A stretch of DNA of 64,000 bases, from NCBI GenBank assembly GCA_946965045.2, contig OX337232.1:1364001-1428000 (forward strand). Reading direction: 5' to 3'. A program made the translations under genes and the position numbers. The stretch is from Epithemia pelagica. Lineage: Eukaryota > Protista > Bacillariophyta. The notes beneath the pieces were generated by a model, which saw only the letters and a program-made list of their open reading frames with translations, was not told where the DNA came from and made no database searches. Shown here piece after piece: positions 1 through 12,124 of this stretch (its first letter is position 1; each line of letters begins with the position of its first letter).

Positions 1-3000
1 AGTTTCCGATTCATCATTATTCAGCATATTCTGGAGGATAAGTCGATCTTCATCGAGAATTACCTTGCCTTGCCGAAGTACTGTCAATCGATCGATATGG
101 TGCAACAGTAGAGGTTCTCGAAGGGACACTAAAATAACCAGGTTCGGATGCGTCTTAGTCAGATTGCTGCTTAGCCAGTGTAACAGATACGCACTCATTT
201 CTGGAGACATATCATGAAAGGGCTGTATTCAAACAAGGAATAAAACCAATGTGAGCTGATGGTAGTTCCCCAAAGCAATGCATTTTCAAGAATGCTTTTT
301 CGTACCTCATCCAAAAGCACTACAGATGGATCGGTCAACAAGGAAGCCGCAATGGCAAGGATGCGACGTTGACCATGTGTGAGACTGCCAATCTTGCTTG
401 TATAAACTTCGGGTTCATACACATCGGTAGTCACGAGCGGGCTCTGATCTGGATGAAACATTCTTCTTGCTACAAACGCTTTGGATTCTTTGTTGCCGGA
501 AGTGGAGTTATGATCGGCCGATGCAGGGAATGTTTCACTTCTTTCATTCATACTCGGTAGATCATTGTTCGGTGAAGAAGCGTTGCTGGTAGGATTGTCT
601 GCTTCACTGCCGTCTTCGGACTGGACATCATCTTTCTCTTCCTCCTCAGTTCGTGGTCCGTTTTGTTTGCTACCATGAACCAAAGATGACAATCCTTTGG
701 AGTGGGGAGAATCGTCCTTCTGGATGAAGCCATCCGCTTCATGTGGATTCCAAGCGCTATACGCTGACCGTACCATGTCCTGAACCTGTGTTGTCAGTGC
801 CTTTCCCGCTCCATACAAATTGGCACAAACTTCCAAATACAAGGCCGGTGTTAGGGTGTCTACGGCAACCCTATCGTCTTGTCGCATGTACGTGACCCGC
901 TCATAGAGGTCATTGTTGTGTGGTGCAGCCAAGATGGAACGTGTTCCATCGAGACGCATTCGAGGGGGAAGCTGTCCAGCAATGACCGACATCTTTCAAA
1001 GAAACAAAGCAGCAGGACACTGTGAGAGCTCCTGTTTTCTTTCACTTTGAAGCACGCATACACACATACCAGAGTGGACTTTCCCGATCCCGACGGTCCG
1101 ATCAAGCCATGAATCCTTCCCGGTGCTAACTCCAGATGAACATCGTCCAGAATGACATTGGACTTGGTTGTTTCTCGTTTCCAGCAACTACAAAGGGCAT
1201 TCGTTCGGAGAATTACGCTAACGTGAGAAAGTTTTACTCTTCGGCCCATTTCGTTGTCCTTTGGAGCGTTCGATGCGGTGTCCTCCACCAGCATCGCACC
1301 CTCGGTTTTTTGTTCGGTCTGGTCCTTATTTCCCGCTGAAGTACTGGGAGACTTGGGAGAGTGTGATTCGTTTGATGGTTGCAATACAAATGCGCAGACC
1401 TCTTCCTCCACGGTTCTGCTCTCTGTGCTTTTTCTTTCGCCGTGGTCGTCTTCATGCTCCAACATGCTAGATGAAGGGAGTTCCGTTCCCGAGTTCCCTC
1501 GACCTGGATCGGGATGGTCATTTTTATTGTTGTGTGGGGAGGTTCCACGACAAAAACGGAGGCGAATCACCATCGTCCTCCCTTGAAACCACAGTCCGGT
1601 GATCACAAACAACCCTAGGAAAGCCAACCACAAAATTTGCAAAACGGGGTTCACCTCGGCGTACGTCGAGTCCACCTCAAGCATGGCCTGACAGGTACGG
1701 GACAGGGTTTGATTATTGTCATTGCCCAGGGAGGAGGGATCGAGACAATTGGGACCAACACACTGGTCCACAACGAGTCCAACCTTTTGATTATTTCCTC
1801 TCCCGAGCAACGACGAGACACCGTCTTGGACAAAGAGTCCAATATAGTCACGAATGACTTTTTGCCCTGCACTGTGGCAAATTCCCAAACGTCCTGGTCG
1901 TACCAAAGAGTTGCTCCCAACTCGTACAAGAAGGGAACGGCAATGCCATATTCACCATCGGCCAAGTCACCCTGACTGCGGCAACGAATCTCAAACATAT
2001 CCTGACCCAATAAACCATCGTCAATGACAAAATCTTCTTTCCCCAAGTTGAGACAATTGAGGGAATGGACTTCCCGAGCCGGATACATGAAACCATGCGT
2101 AAAGCATGAAGGCATGATCCAGGCCAGAGAGGGTAGGGTGTCATCATTGTCATTTTGCAAGGATCCGAAAAAATTATCAAGTGGACTACTACTCCCAGGT
2201 GGAAGTAACTCGGAATACACCGTTTCGAGAGTAGCTCGTTTCCGGGACCCCATGTGCTCCAATGCGGCCATGACCTTATCAGTGACATCCTCCGCGTTAT
2301 CGGTACGCAACAAGGTAGTGGGAAACATGTCTCGCAAAGTAATCATGAGATCCAAAACATCGTAGGTGGAATCGATTAAGAGAAAGGACTCTTTGGGCAG
2401 GATCAAGGCTGATGATGATGGCACACCTGTCGCAGCCGAAGACGATTCGGGTGGATCAAAGGTACCCGTTCGCGCCATGCAATGGGGAGACATGCAACAG
2501 GGGATACTGGACAAGGTTGGATGTAAATTGTATTGAAACAAATTGCACCGGGGGTGCTCCTGTAAATCAATAAGGGAAAAATCAAAGCCGGCCAAACCAC
2601 CACCAGCAGCACTACCTCCCATCAAATCCAATTGTGCCGAGTCACCCATCATGGAGGAATCAATGACAATCTTGAGTTGTCGAGCTCCAATCCGTTCCGC
2701 GGCTCGGCGTAATTTGGGGATTTGATTCAAAACACCTGTTGCACCAGCCGAAATGCCGATCACCACCAATTGGTTCACGTTGCTAGTTGTAGTAGTAGTG
2801 TTATCGGAGGACGTGGACGATCCATGCATTCGTTCGTGCTCTTGAATGAGGTGATCTAAGACACCTTGAAAGTACAAATCTCCATGACGATACAGGCCCG
2901 ATTCGCGCATAACACCCGATCCCAAATACAAGTCTTGGCTGCAATAATACGTTGATAGTTTGGCAAAGTTATAGAGGGCTGGATTTTCGTCCGGATTGTT

Positions 3001-3282
3001 TGACAAAATGTTGCGTCCCGTAACTTTCTGTGGTACATACTGCGAGGTTAGCCGAAAGGGTTCGCCTTGTTGAATGTTCAGACAATCTTGATCCGTAACG
3101 CAAAATCCACCACCCAATACGGCCAACAAGTAATTTTGTTCCCCTCCTCCTTGTGATCCAGTGGAAGCAGTTGAGGATGATGATGGTGGTTGCGCCATGG
3201 ACCAATCTTGGTAAACTCCAGTCGGCGTCCCATCTCCACATTGGGCCACCGACAAATCCAAGGGTACCCAATCCAACGACAT
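1..3282 (-). CDS. Pectinacetylesterase/Notum-like esterase fused via one TM helix to an ABCG-type nucleotide-binding domain. Spliced, runs off the window start, one apparent 1-bp frameshift.
   Basis: Esterase motifs: QCGDGTP, GGGFC, YCSQDLYLG, GISAGA (Ser), DSTYD, SCFTHG (His). One extra T in the T5 run at 1859-1863 joins ORF 1651..3282 to ORF 860..1906 (..ATVQGKK-VIRDYIG..VVDQCVGPNC, then TM ILWLAFLGLFVITGLWF). Walker A is GPSGSGKST. Introns 993-1069 and 223-305 (GT..AG, in frame) give SLTHGQRR..VLLDE|PFHDMS..VSLREP..IDRLTVLRQGKV. Confidence 0.75.
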
Positions 3283-3925
3283 GGTATCTCGTTGAGGTCA
3301 GAGCGGAGGCAGGCGAATGCGGAACTTGATTTGTGATTGGTCTGGATGGTAACAGTATCTCAAGATCCGAGGAATCGAAGAGAAACCCTTTTATTTTATG
3401 ATGTGGACAATGGTCTTGTGCCGTTTTGGTGCTTGTTTTTTTTTCTGTGTGTGAGCGGTGAGCGTGCCCATTGATTGTTTTGTGGTAACCATGTGGCGAT
3501 GGAAAGCAGCTAACAAAACATCAGCTCGGCGGACGTGGACAAAACAGATGAGATCTGCAGGCGCGCTTGTGATGTGACTTTCGGCTGATGATTTTGGGGG
3601 TTAGCCCACCGTACAAAAAAAGGGGGCGGGACAAAAGGATGAAGTTTAAGTCCCGCATCGAGGTACGGGACTAGACTAACAACTCCCAAAGCCTATGAGT
3701 GGGAGGGAGTAACGGAAGCACAAGTGGATGGATTCCCTCAACTCCTCGCTGGGGCGTAGACATGACCAGCAACAGGCACCGCGGTGCAACCGATGTCTGT
3801 TCATTCATTTACGGTGTGGGTGTTGGTGGTACTATAGAACGACAAGAAAAGGCCTTCCACTGCCTTCAATCTGCACGTATCTGAGGATACAAAAGAAGAA
3901 CGGCAAATCCCAGCTGCAAGTCGTA

Positions 3926-6900
3926 ATGCTTGGAACGAGTTTCAGTCGAAGCGGGGGTGGATCCACTCGCTCGAACGACAAGGTAGATTCCACTCCTTCG
4001 ATTCGTCGGTCCAGCACTGGATCCCAACAAGCAAGTAGTGTCAGTGGAACCAACAGCAATTCCAACATTTGCAATAATAATGTGTTTCGGAAATTCTTGA
4101 TGGGTCATCGAACCAATGATTATCATGCGGATATGGCGGCAGCCCATCCGAGTGTAAGAGGTGCGAGCGTCGGTGTCACGGGGGACGAAGGTGGGAACGA
4201 GCCCAGTCAACGAGGTCTTTCTCGTCGAAGCATTATTGCATCCGATGCTGGATCGGGGACACCCTTTTGGAAACGATTAGCCATTTCCTGCAACTGTATT
4301 TCGAAAGAACAAAGAATGGATTTTTCTCGAAAGATTTTACGGAACAAATTCTGGAGGGTGCTGCTGATTGTATGTTCCTTCATTCTTCTGTTTGGAGCTC
4401 AGATCCGGACCCTAGCTTTCACCAAAGGGGCGGATACTGCCTTTGACGCCATCTTTATGGTCACCTTTTGCATTTTTCTGTTTGACATTTTGATGCGATG
4501 TGATGTCGAACCCAATTATTTTGCCTTCAACATGGGTGGATGTTGTCGTCGCCGTGTGGACAACAGCGCACAAGGTCCAACCGCCGACGGAGCTGCAAAC
4601 TCGGGTGGAGGGTTCCAAATAGGATCTTTTCTATTTTGGTGTGAATTTGCATCTACGCTGGCCCTTCTTCATGAAATCACCTTTATTCACAAGAAGAACT
4701 TTGACGAAACCAGGTTGAACATTACGTTGGACGCTGCAGGTGTTCCGGTACGTGAAGTTTGCGATCTCCACCGAGAGTAATGAATGTCGTCGGAACTTAT
4801 CTTTCTTTTTCTTCACAGATAAGTGGGATGGAAGATGTAAATGAGTCTTCACCAATTGAGTTTCAAGAATCCAGTCTGCTATTTACAGTTGCCAAGACTG
4901 CCCGAGTGGCCCGTTTTATTCGATCCACAACAGCGATCAAGCTATCATCGAGAGTGAATTGGTATTGGTTCTGGAATCTTGTGAATCCTTTCTGGTACTG
5001 GACTGGCTGTCTTACCGCGTTTCGAAGAAAACATTCCGAAAGCAACAATGCTTCGGGAAGTGCAGAATCTGGTCCGAAACGAAGCGGGTCATCCAGTGAG
5101 TTGACTCCGGATCGTAACGACTCAGACTCGAACTTGGGAGCAAGTGCCACATCCGGTCCGAAGAAAAGACTTATGCGTAGCTCTTCCTGGGGAGGACTTG
5201 GTCTCGGCACTTTGGCTATGGTCCAGGCAAATTCTAGAAAAGAAGAGGACAAGAAAAATAGCGTTGGTTTCAAGGGAGCGATCAGAAAATTTCTTCGCGT
5301 CATGGGTCTTTTGAGAAGCCCAGATGAAGATTGGAAACGCAATCTTGCTGCAACGAAGATTCAGCGTGCTTGGCGCAGAGCAAAGTACCATCACTACGAA
5401 ATTCATGAGACAGACCATTCCGAACTTGACTTTGCGTGGAAAGCCCGTAGCAGTACTGTCTCCAACACCCTTCCGTCACGTACCATTGTTCATTCCCAAC
5501 ATGGAAGTGGCGGAACGACAGCGAAAAACAACAACCGATTGGGTGGTATGTCGCGCAACCAGGGACTTTCGCGGTCGACCTACTCTCCTGCGACGGCGAA
5601 CTATGCCTCGCACAAGAAGCAAAATGAGTCGCAAGTTGGTAGTGCTATGCGTGCTCTCACTGGAGAACGTGTTGCCATTGGTATCATTGTGGCGTTGGTC
5701 TTGACTGTACTTTTCACATACACGGAGAACGACGCGACGCGTCCTGTGACTATGATTGTTTTACACAACCAAACCGGAAATGCAATCTTTGCCGACCAAG
5801 CCATCGAAGCGGCACGAGACACTTCAACTCCAGACCTGTTCAACTATACATTTGCGAATGGAACGTATGCCGAATTTGAACCGAGGGATGGGGAGTCAAC
5901 GGAGGATTTGAGGGATCGAGAAAAACTTCGAATCACTGTTCGGGACCAAACGTTGAATTTCACTCAGGGAGTCTTCTCAAATCGGGACGAAGCAATACAA
6001 CGAGAAATTGTTTCGTTGTTGTCAACGCTTTTCATCATTCTGGTTTGGTTTTTCGGTGTGAATGCTTTTGTTGGACCTGTTATGGTTCTTGTTGTGATAC
6101 CCATCGAGCGAATGGTTCGTTTGCTGGGGATGCTGACATTGGATCCACTTGGATACCAAAGTACCTCGCGATACAAGAGGTTTGAAGCAGAAGAAGACGA
6201 AATCACGAAGAACACAAGATGGACTAAAGACATACTAAGGGGAATGGAAACTTCATTTCTCATGCTCACTATTCTTCGAATTGGTTCTCTGATGAAAGTC
6301 GGCTTTGGTAGTGCAGGAGTAGAGATTATTCGCAAGAATCTCGAAAAAAGTCAAACGAAAAATACGTTGCTTTTGAGTGAGAAGGGTTTGACGGTATCAT
6401 GCATTTTCCTTTTTTGTGATATTCGTCAGTTTACTGATGCAACGGAATGCCTTCAAGAGGAAGTATTCGTCTTTACAAACAGAATTGCTGCAGTTGTTCA
6501 CTCTATTTGTCACTCGTTCGGTGGATCCGCCAACAAGAACATTGGTGACGCGTTTCTGGTGAGTTGGCGTCTTGAGGAGGAGGATAATCCTAATGCACAG
6601 CACTTTGAGGGCGGCCGTAATGACAATTTTGTGGCAAAGCACAATCAAGCAGACAAGGCACTGTTGTCTGTCGTAAAAATATGCATGGCCCTCCATTTTG
6701 ACGATTACTACATGGAGACAATGAGTGATGGTGCGAAGGAAGCGTTATTGGCAAAACTAGCGAAACGCAAGGGTCCTGTCGTCCAGCTCGGGTTTGGTCT
6801 TCATGCAGGAAAAGCTGTTCAAGGAGCAATTGGTTCCCAACGAAAGATTGATGCTACTTATGTATCTGAAGCCGTCGAGCGAGCGGAGTTCCTTGAATCA

Positions 6901-7680
6901 TCGACAAAGAAATATGGCGTGAAGGTTCTCATGTCAGACAGCTTTCACCGTCTCCTACATTCGAATAATAGACGAAGATGCAGAAAGATTGATCAGATCA
7001 TGATCCGTAACGAGGATGACGACGAAGATGATGAAAGCGGTGAACTCATGGAGTTATTGACATTTGACATGGATATTGATGCACTTTGGAGGAATGTGAG
7101 CAAACCGGGTGGAGCTGGCTCCGCTATGGGGAAATCGGATGGAAACAACGAATCAGACAGTGAGTCTGAACGAGCTGTCTATAAGGTTAGTCGAAAGCTA
7201 CAAAATAGCAGCACGCGACAACTTTCGGGTGGCAAACTCAAAGGCAGACGTTTGAGTGTTCGTGTGATGGGAGGAATGAAGGAAATGAGTGACGGAGAGA
7301 TGAGCGATGGTGGCCTCATGCCAGGAGCTGGTGGGATGTCAAACACGAGTAATGCAGACCTGACAGGAGACGATCACCACCCACACCCAAACGGAGCACC
7401 AGAGTTCAGTTTACCAAAAGGACCTGCATTGTACAGTCCAACATTTTGGGTGAAAGAGGATATGCGTCGAATCCGGCAGCTGTATTCTGACGGAATTTTC
7501 TTTCAAAAGTTCAACTCGGGTCTTAACTCGTATTATTCAAGGGATTGGGAACATGCTCGACAATGCTTTGTTACCATTCTGGAACGATTTGAAGATGGTC
7601 CCTCCCGATATTTTCTGAATCAAATCGAAATGCACAACGGGAAGCCTCCTCGTGATTTTAAGCCGTATGGCATGGCATAA
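3926..7680 (+). CDS. Membrane adenylyl cyclase (class III) with N-terminal ion-channel/voltage-sensor-like TM domain, IQ motif and C-terminal TPR-like helix pair
   Basis: Intron 4748-4818 (GTACGT..CACAG) joins ORFs 3728..4780 and 4759..7680 in frame. Motifs: S4-like KTARVARFIR, IQ-like AATKIQRAWRR, cyclase FLFCDIRQFT, NKNIGDAFL, GFGLHAGKAVQGAIGSQRKIDATY. The start ATG is chosen at 3926 and is uncertain. Confidence 0.85.
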
Positions 7681-8262
7681 GCAGGTTACGATTTCGTTGA
7701 ATGGACTCTTGTCCATTCGTATTATTGTCCTCTACCATATTAATCGTTGAATGTCGTTTGTAGATTTGCTTATTCAAACAACTACAGAGGTTGGTTTTTG
7801 TTCAGATGTTTTCTTACATTATGGCACAGTAAAGAGGAGAAAATACGTCACAAGCATGCGACCTGCAAAAACGAAGACTATCTGACTCATTCTATCTCAA
7901 TGCGAATACTCTTATATTGGAATGAGAAGTGCCTCTAGCAAACTAACATCCGTTATTTGATGCGCCGAGATTGAATGATAGGACTACTGACCGCGGACTG
8001 ACGTGAAAGCATGGAGCATAATTGACAAGAGTCAAAGAAATCACTGCGAAGTCACTGTACATTCCTTCCACCCAATCTCAAGACCGATAAGTGGCTTGTG
8101 TGCCGCTTGAGGGGCATGTATTGGAGCCGAGCAAGGGCTGAGGTCTCGAATTTCGAAGCTCCGGTCGTCTCCGTATGATCTCGAATGAACGCGACTAGAA
8201 ATTTCACCAGGCCCTCGTCATTGGTCTCGGATCAAAGAAACAAAGCTGATGCATATGACATG

Positions 8263-10065
8263 CTACAAATCCGTCGTATCTTTACCACTGTCACCAGGGG
8301 GGTTTGCATTGTCCGAAGTACTATTCTTTTGTTTCCCCTGAAACTCTTCTCGTCCCTCTTGAACGCATTGTTGCACCAACTGCTTGAGTTCTTCGTTATC
8401 CGGATCCTGCTTCAAACCATCAAAGGCCGCCATGGCGGCATCTTCGAATTGATGCAAGGCTAACCGCGCGACAGCAATCCGATATGCCGCCTTGGGCCAA
8501 TCTGGTCGTAGGGTGTGGCTTGTGACTGCATCCCGTAAAGCATCTGTGTATTGCGTCAGCTTGTAGTAACATGCAGATCGATTGGAATACAAGGTCGCAT
8601 TGGATGGATCCAGAACAATAGCCTGTGTATATAAGGTCACGGCCTGCTGGTACTGCTTGCCAGCAAACTTTTGATTGCCTTGTTCTTTGATCACCAAAGC
8701 CTCCTTCTGCTTCTCTTTCGACACTTTGATTGAGGCAACCACCGCAGCAGCCTTGGCCGCTTCATCCTCAAGGTTACGGTAATTGGGTTTGCCACTGGCT
8801 TCATGTTGCTTTCCCTCTTTGTTTTCGTCCGCGCTTGATTGTTGCTGTTTATCTCCCTCCTTGTTTTGCGTTCCATCAACTGGGCGCGTCAACTTACCAC
8901 CATGCCATTCTTGTATGAGTTTTTGAGCGTCCTCCGAAGAATGTCCCTCACCCAACAGAACCAACACAGACCCTTCGTGCTTTTCTCGTGCGGCCACCTC
9001 CAATGCCGTCAAACCCTCGTCATTACGTTGTTCTTTTACAACTTTTAGGTGTTCAGCAGACGTGTGCTGAACAACAAAGTTTAACAGAGCCACCCAATTC
9101 AAATCGGCAAACATGTGATAAATCGAAATGTTGCCTGGTAACAAAAACTTCAAGGTTGGACCCATGTCCAGTTGTCGTCGAACCATTTCTTCCACCAACA
9201 GTTGGGCATGTTGGGTATTCCCAGCTGCCGTTGCGATATGAAGTGGAGGCGGAATGAACATTGTGGGTGGACTAGTGCTGTCACTTTTCTGTTGGGAATA
9301 GTGGATATTGGCTCCAGCATCTAGCAGAGCTTGAATGGTTTCATTGTACTGTGCAGGGGGTGGAACGGCCACGGCCCAATGCAAGGGTGTCCCTCCTTGA
9401 CGACTGGATGTTTGTAAGGCAACTTGACCGGCTTTGAACAATGCTTGGATACAAGTGCTCGTTGCCCCTGCGCCAGCAGCATAGTGTAACGCGGTGGCAC
9501 CGGCACGAGAACGAGCAAGTCCCAGTTTGTCGGCTCGCTTGAGTAAGGCCAAGACGCGACTTTCGGCAATCTTTTTTGAGTCGGCTTCCTTGACTGCTTT
9601 ATCTCCATCATTACGATCGACCGAAATGACTTGCGCCGCCAACATGATGGGTGTCAAACCATCCTTGTCTTTAAGACGGATTAACGATTCCAAACTAGTA
9701 CTCGAGCTTCCTGTACCACTGTCATTGGACGAGGATGCACTTTTCTCCTTCTTTTCTTGCTCTTCCAGCCACTCCAACATCTGTTCCACAATATCCTTGT
9801 CTTGCTCAGGAACTACACGAGCTTGACAGGCAAAATGAAGGGCTGTTCTTCGTTTTCCGTCGCGAAACTGGGAAATAATTTCAACGCTCGACAACATCTT
9901 GTCGTCATTGTCGATCGTGCTGCTCGCGTTGTGTTTCTGCTGATACGATTCGACATGATCCTTGAGGGCTGGAAACTGATTTTGCAACGCCGATTCCAAA
10001 AGTTTGGTCAAGAAGGCGCGCTCCTCGTTCATAGTCGCATTCTTTTGCTCGGCTGTAAGAGACAT
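8263..10065 (-). CDS. Ankyrin-repeat plus C-terminal TPR (STI1-like) protein, 600 aa
   Basis: Ankyrin repeats: RTALHFAC, GLTPIMLAA, GATALHYAA, GGTPLHWAV, PPLHIAT, GLTALEVAA. TPR segment: KEQGNQKF..AVTLYTQAI..LYSNRSACY..PDWPKAAYR. Confidence 0.85.
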   Translation of the reverse strand: MSLTAEQKNATMNEERAFLTKLLESALQNQFPALKDHVESYQQKHNASSTIDNDDKMLSSVEIISQFRDGKRRTALHFACQARVVPEQDKDIVEQMLEWLEEQEKKEKSASSSNDSGTGSSSTSLESLIRLKDKDGLTPIMLAAQVISVDRNDGDKAVKEADSKKIAESRVLALLKRADKLGLARSRAGATALHYAAGAGATSTCIQALFKAGQVALQTSSRQGGTPLHWAVAVPPPAQYNETIQALLDAGANIHYSQQKSDSTSPPTMFIPPPLHIATAAGNTQHAQLLVEEMVRRQLDMGPTLKFLLPGNISIYHMFADLNWVALLNFVVQHTSAEHLKVVKEQRNDEGLTALEVAAREKHEGSVLVLLGEGHSSEDAQKLIQEWHGGKLTRPVDGTQNKEGDKQQQSSADENKEGKQHEASGKPNYRNLEDEAAKAAAVVASIKVSKEKQKEALVIKEQGNQKFAGKQYQQAVTLYTQAIVLDPSNATLYSNRSACYYKLTQYTDALRDAVTSHTLRPDWPKAAYRIAVARLALHQFEDAAMAAFDGLKQDPDNEELKQLVQQCVQEGREEFQGKQKNSTSDNANPPGDSGKDTTDL

Positions 10066-10520
10066 GATGCCGAGAGGTGAGTTCGACCGATATTCTTTTT
10101 AATGAATGCAATTTGCTGGAACGTCAAAACAGAACGCAATCCAGAGACAGAGATGTCGCCATTCGCCATTGTTCTTGTGGAATGGTTGGTGGTTGGTGGA
10201 TTATGGCGGTGGTCGCGCATTGTGGGGCGGTCACTTTTGATTCGCCCAAAACCAGAAACCTACGACCTCTAGTGAGGTAGGTTCAAATGTCCATTGAAAC
10301 GACGAATAATTGACTGATCGACAGCTCCTACGTGACGACGACAAGATAATGGGATCAAGTTCCACGAATAACAAATCCTAAAGGATCTGGCTACTGCACA
10401 GAGGCATCACCATCATGTTCCCCAATTCCATAGATGCACCATGATTCACTACCTTCTGAGAGTCCAAAATTATTGACTGCCGAAAGATCAACTCATTCTT
10501 CGTATTTGGTGCTGCAAGTG

Positions 10521-11907
10521 TCATGATTTCATGTGTTTCATGGCATGACACAGCAGAGGAAGCAGGAGGGGCAAGATTTCTCGGACAGAGGCTGGGTTCC
10601 CTGGTAAATTGACAATGAGAATGGAATTGCATAGTCCAGCAGTTCCCCTTGAGAGTGTGGCCAAAGGTTGAAGCATCTGCCGACTGCATTCAGACAAGAC
10701 AAAGGACATTAATCCATAACACTCAATGTCCAGCACCTTTCGCGTTGCTTCGGGTGTGACATCACGAGGACTCATACCAGTCCCTCCTGTGGTGAGAATC
10801 ATGTCAATAGACTGCTGCTCCATAGGCGGGGATCTGTCACTATGTTTTCCACACCATTGGAGAAGTTGACTAGAAATGGCATCCGCTTCATCGGGTACAA
10901 TAGACCGCTCGACGACTGTGAATTGGATGTTGGAATCGCCTTGTTGTTGAATCTGAACTTGTTGCTGCTGTAAGACTTGCTCAATGGCGGGACCCGACAA
11001 GTCACCCGTCTTGTATTCATCACGAAAGGCCCGATCACTGACGGTCAACACTGCCACGTGAATGTCCCCTATTCGTTCGGTAGGGAAAGGTGCCGCGCGA
11101 TACGGAACATGTACTGGTATGGTTTCGGCTCCACCGGATACGACAGCATCCGTGGTCGTGGATTTCACGGTTGAAGAAAGTGCTCGTGAATCCACGTCTT
11201 CGCAGCATACATTGGAAGGAACAACCCCTACCACAGCAGTAACAGCTGTGTCCACCTCCGCTTGTTTCGGGGACTCTTTGATCGGAACCATTGAGGGCTG
11301 TTCGGATTCCGTCTTGTCCTGAATTGTCGGTTGCTGTGATATTCGTGGTGCCAACAATGCCTTGTCATGTTTGGCATGCAAGGGTGTACTCGCTTGAAAC
11401 TTTTGCATTTGTTCGTCCGTGGCCTTTTTCTGATGTCGTTTTTTCCATTCCCCATAGGACATTCCATACACATGTTTGGCCGTATCCTCGTAACCCAGTG
11501 CATCTAGCGCCTGCAGCGTCGCATCATCCAGGGGCTCTGATGGGACGCCCTGTCCAGTAGTGTCACCCTGGTGGTCGACAAGCGCTCGAGCCTCGACCAC
11601 CATCCACTGAAAAAAATAGGGGAAAGGAAGACCAGCACAACGCAACCCACAAGAGAAATAGAAAATGTAGTGTTCAGTGGGGCTCAGTTGATTGATAGGG
11701 TCATGGTACGACCATACCTACCTTGGCGAGACAGTTGCGACAGAAACCAGAAAGTGTCATGAGGTCCATGTTTTGTACTTGGTCGCTTCGTTCTTGTAAA
11801 TGCCGACACAATTGACGAAATGCACCCGCCTGTAGTTTCTCTACAACACTGGGTGAAAGGGACTCTCCGAGAAACATTGGTTGTGATGAGTCGTTTACTT
11901 CCGTCAT
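10521..11907 (-). CDS. DUF1244-like domain fused to molybdenum-cofactor biosynthesis G domain (MogA/Cnx1G/gephyrin-G)
   Basis: Intron 11607-11721 (GTAGGT..TTTCAG) gives AFRQLCRHLQERSDQVQNMDLMTLSGFCRNCLAK|WM..VYGMSYGEWKKRHQ (DUF1244 pattern). It is followed by VAVLTVSDRA..DLSGP..IVPDE..ILTTGGTGMSPRDVTPEAT..SRGTAG..IVNLPGNP (MogA pattern). Confidence 0.8.
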
Positions 11908-12124
11908 GCTTGATTTCTTCTTTTGAATCTGTTCCGACCCTAATTTGACAAAAGATCCGAAATCCCTTGTGGATGGCACGACAATAATGAGCGGCTTTAG
12001 TGCGACTTCATTCATGTTTTTATGCGACTGGACTATCGCCAAAATTTTAAATTTTGTTGCAAACTTGACGACGACGTTACCATTCTGCCGTCTTCTTGTA
12101 TCTGTCTCTACTGACAAACCAACC

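Noticed and set aside
1851-1870. Programmed -1 frameshift at C AAA AAG
   Set aside because: It is not a canonical X XXY YYZ heptamer, and a homopolymer indel is simpler.
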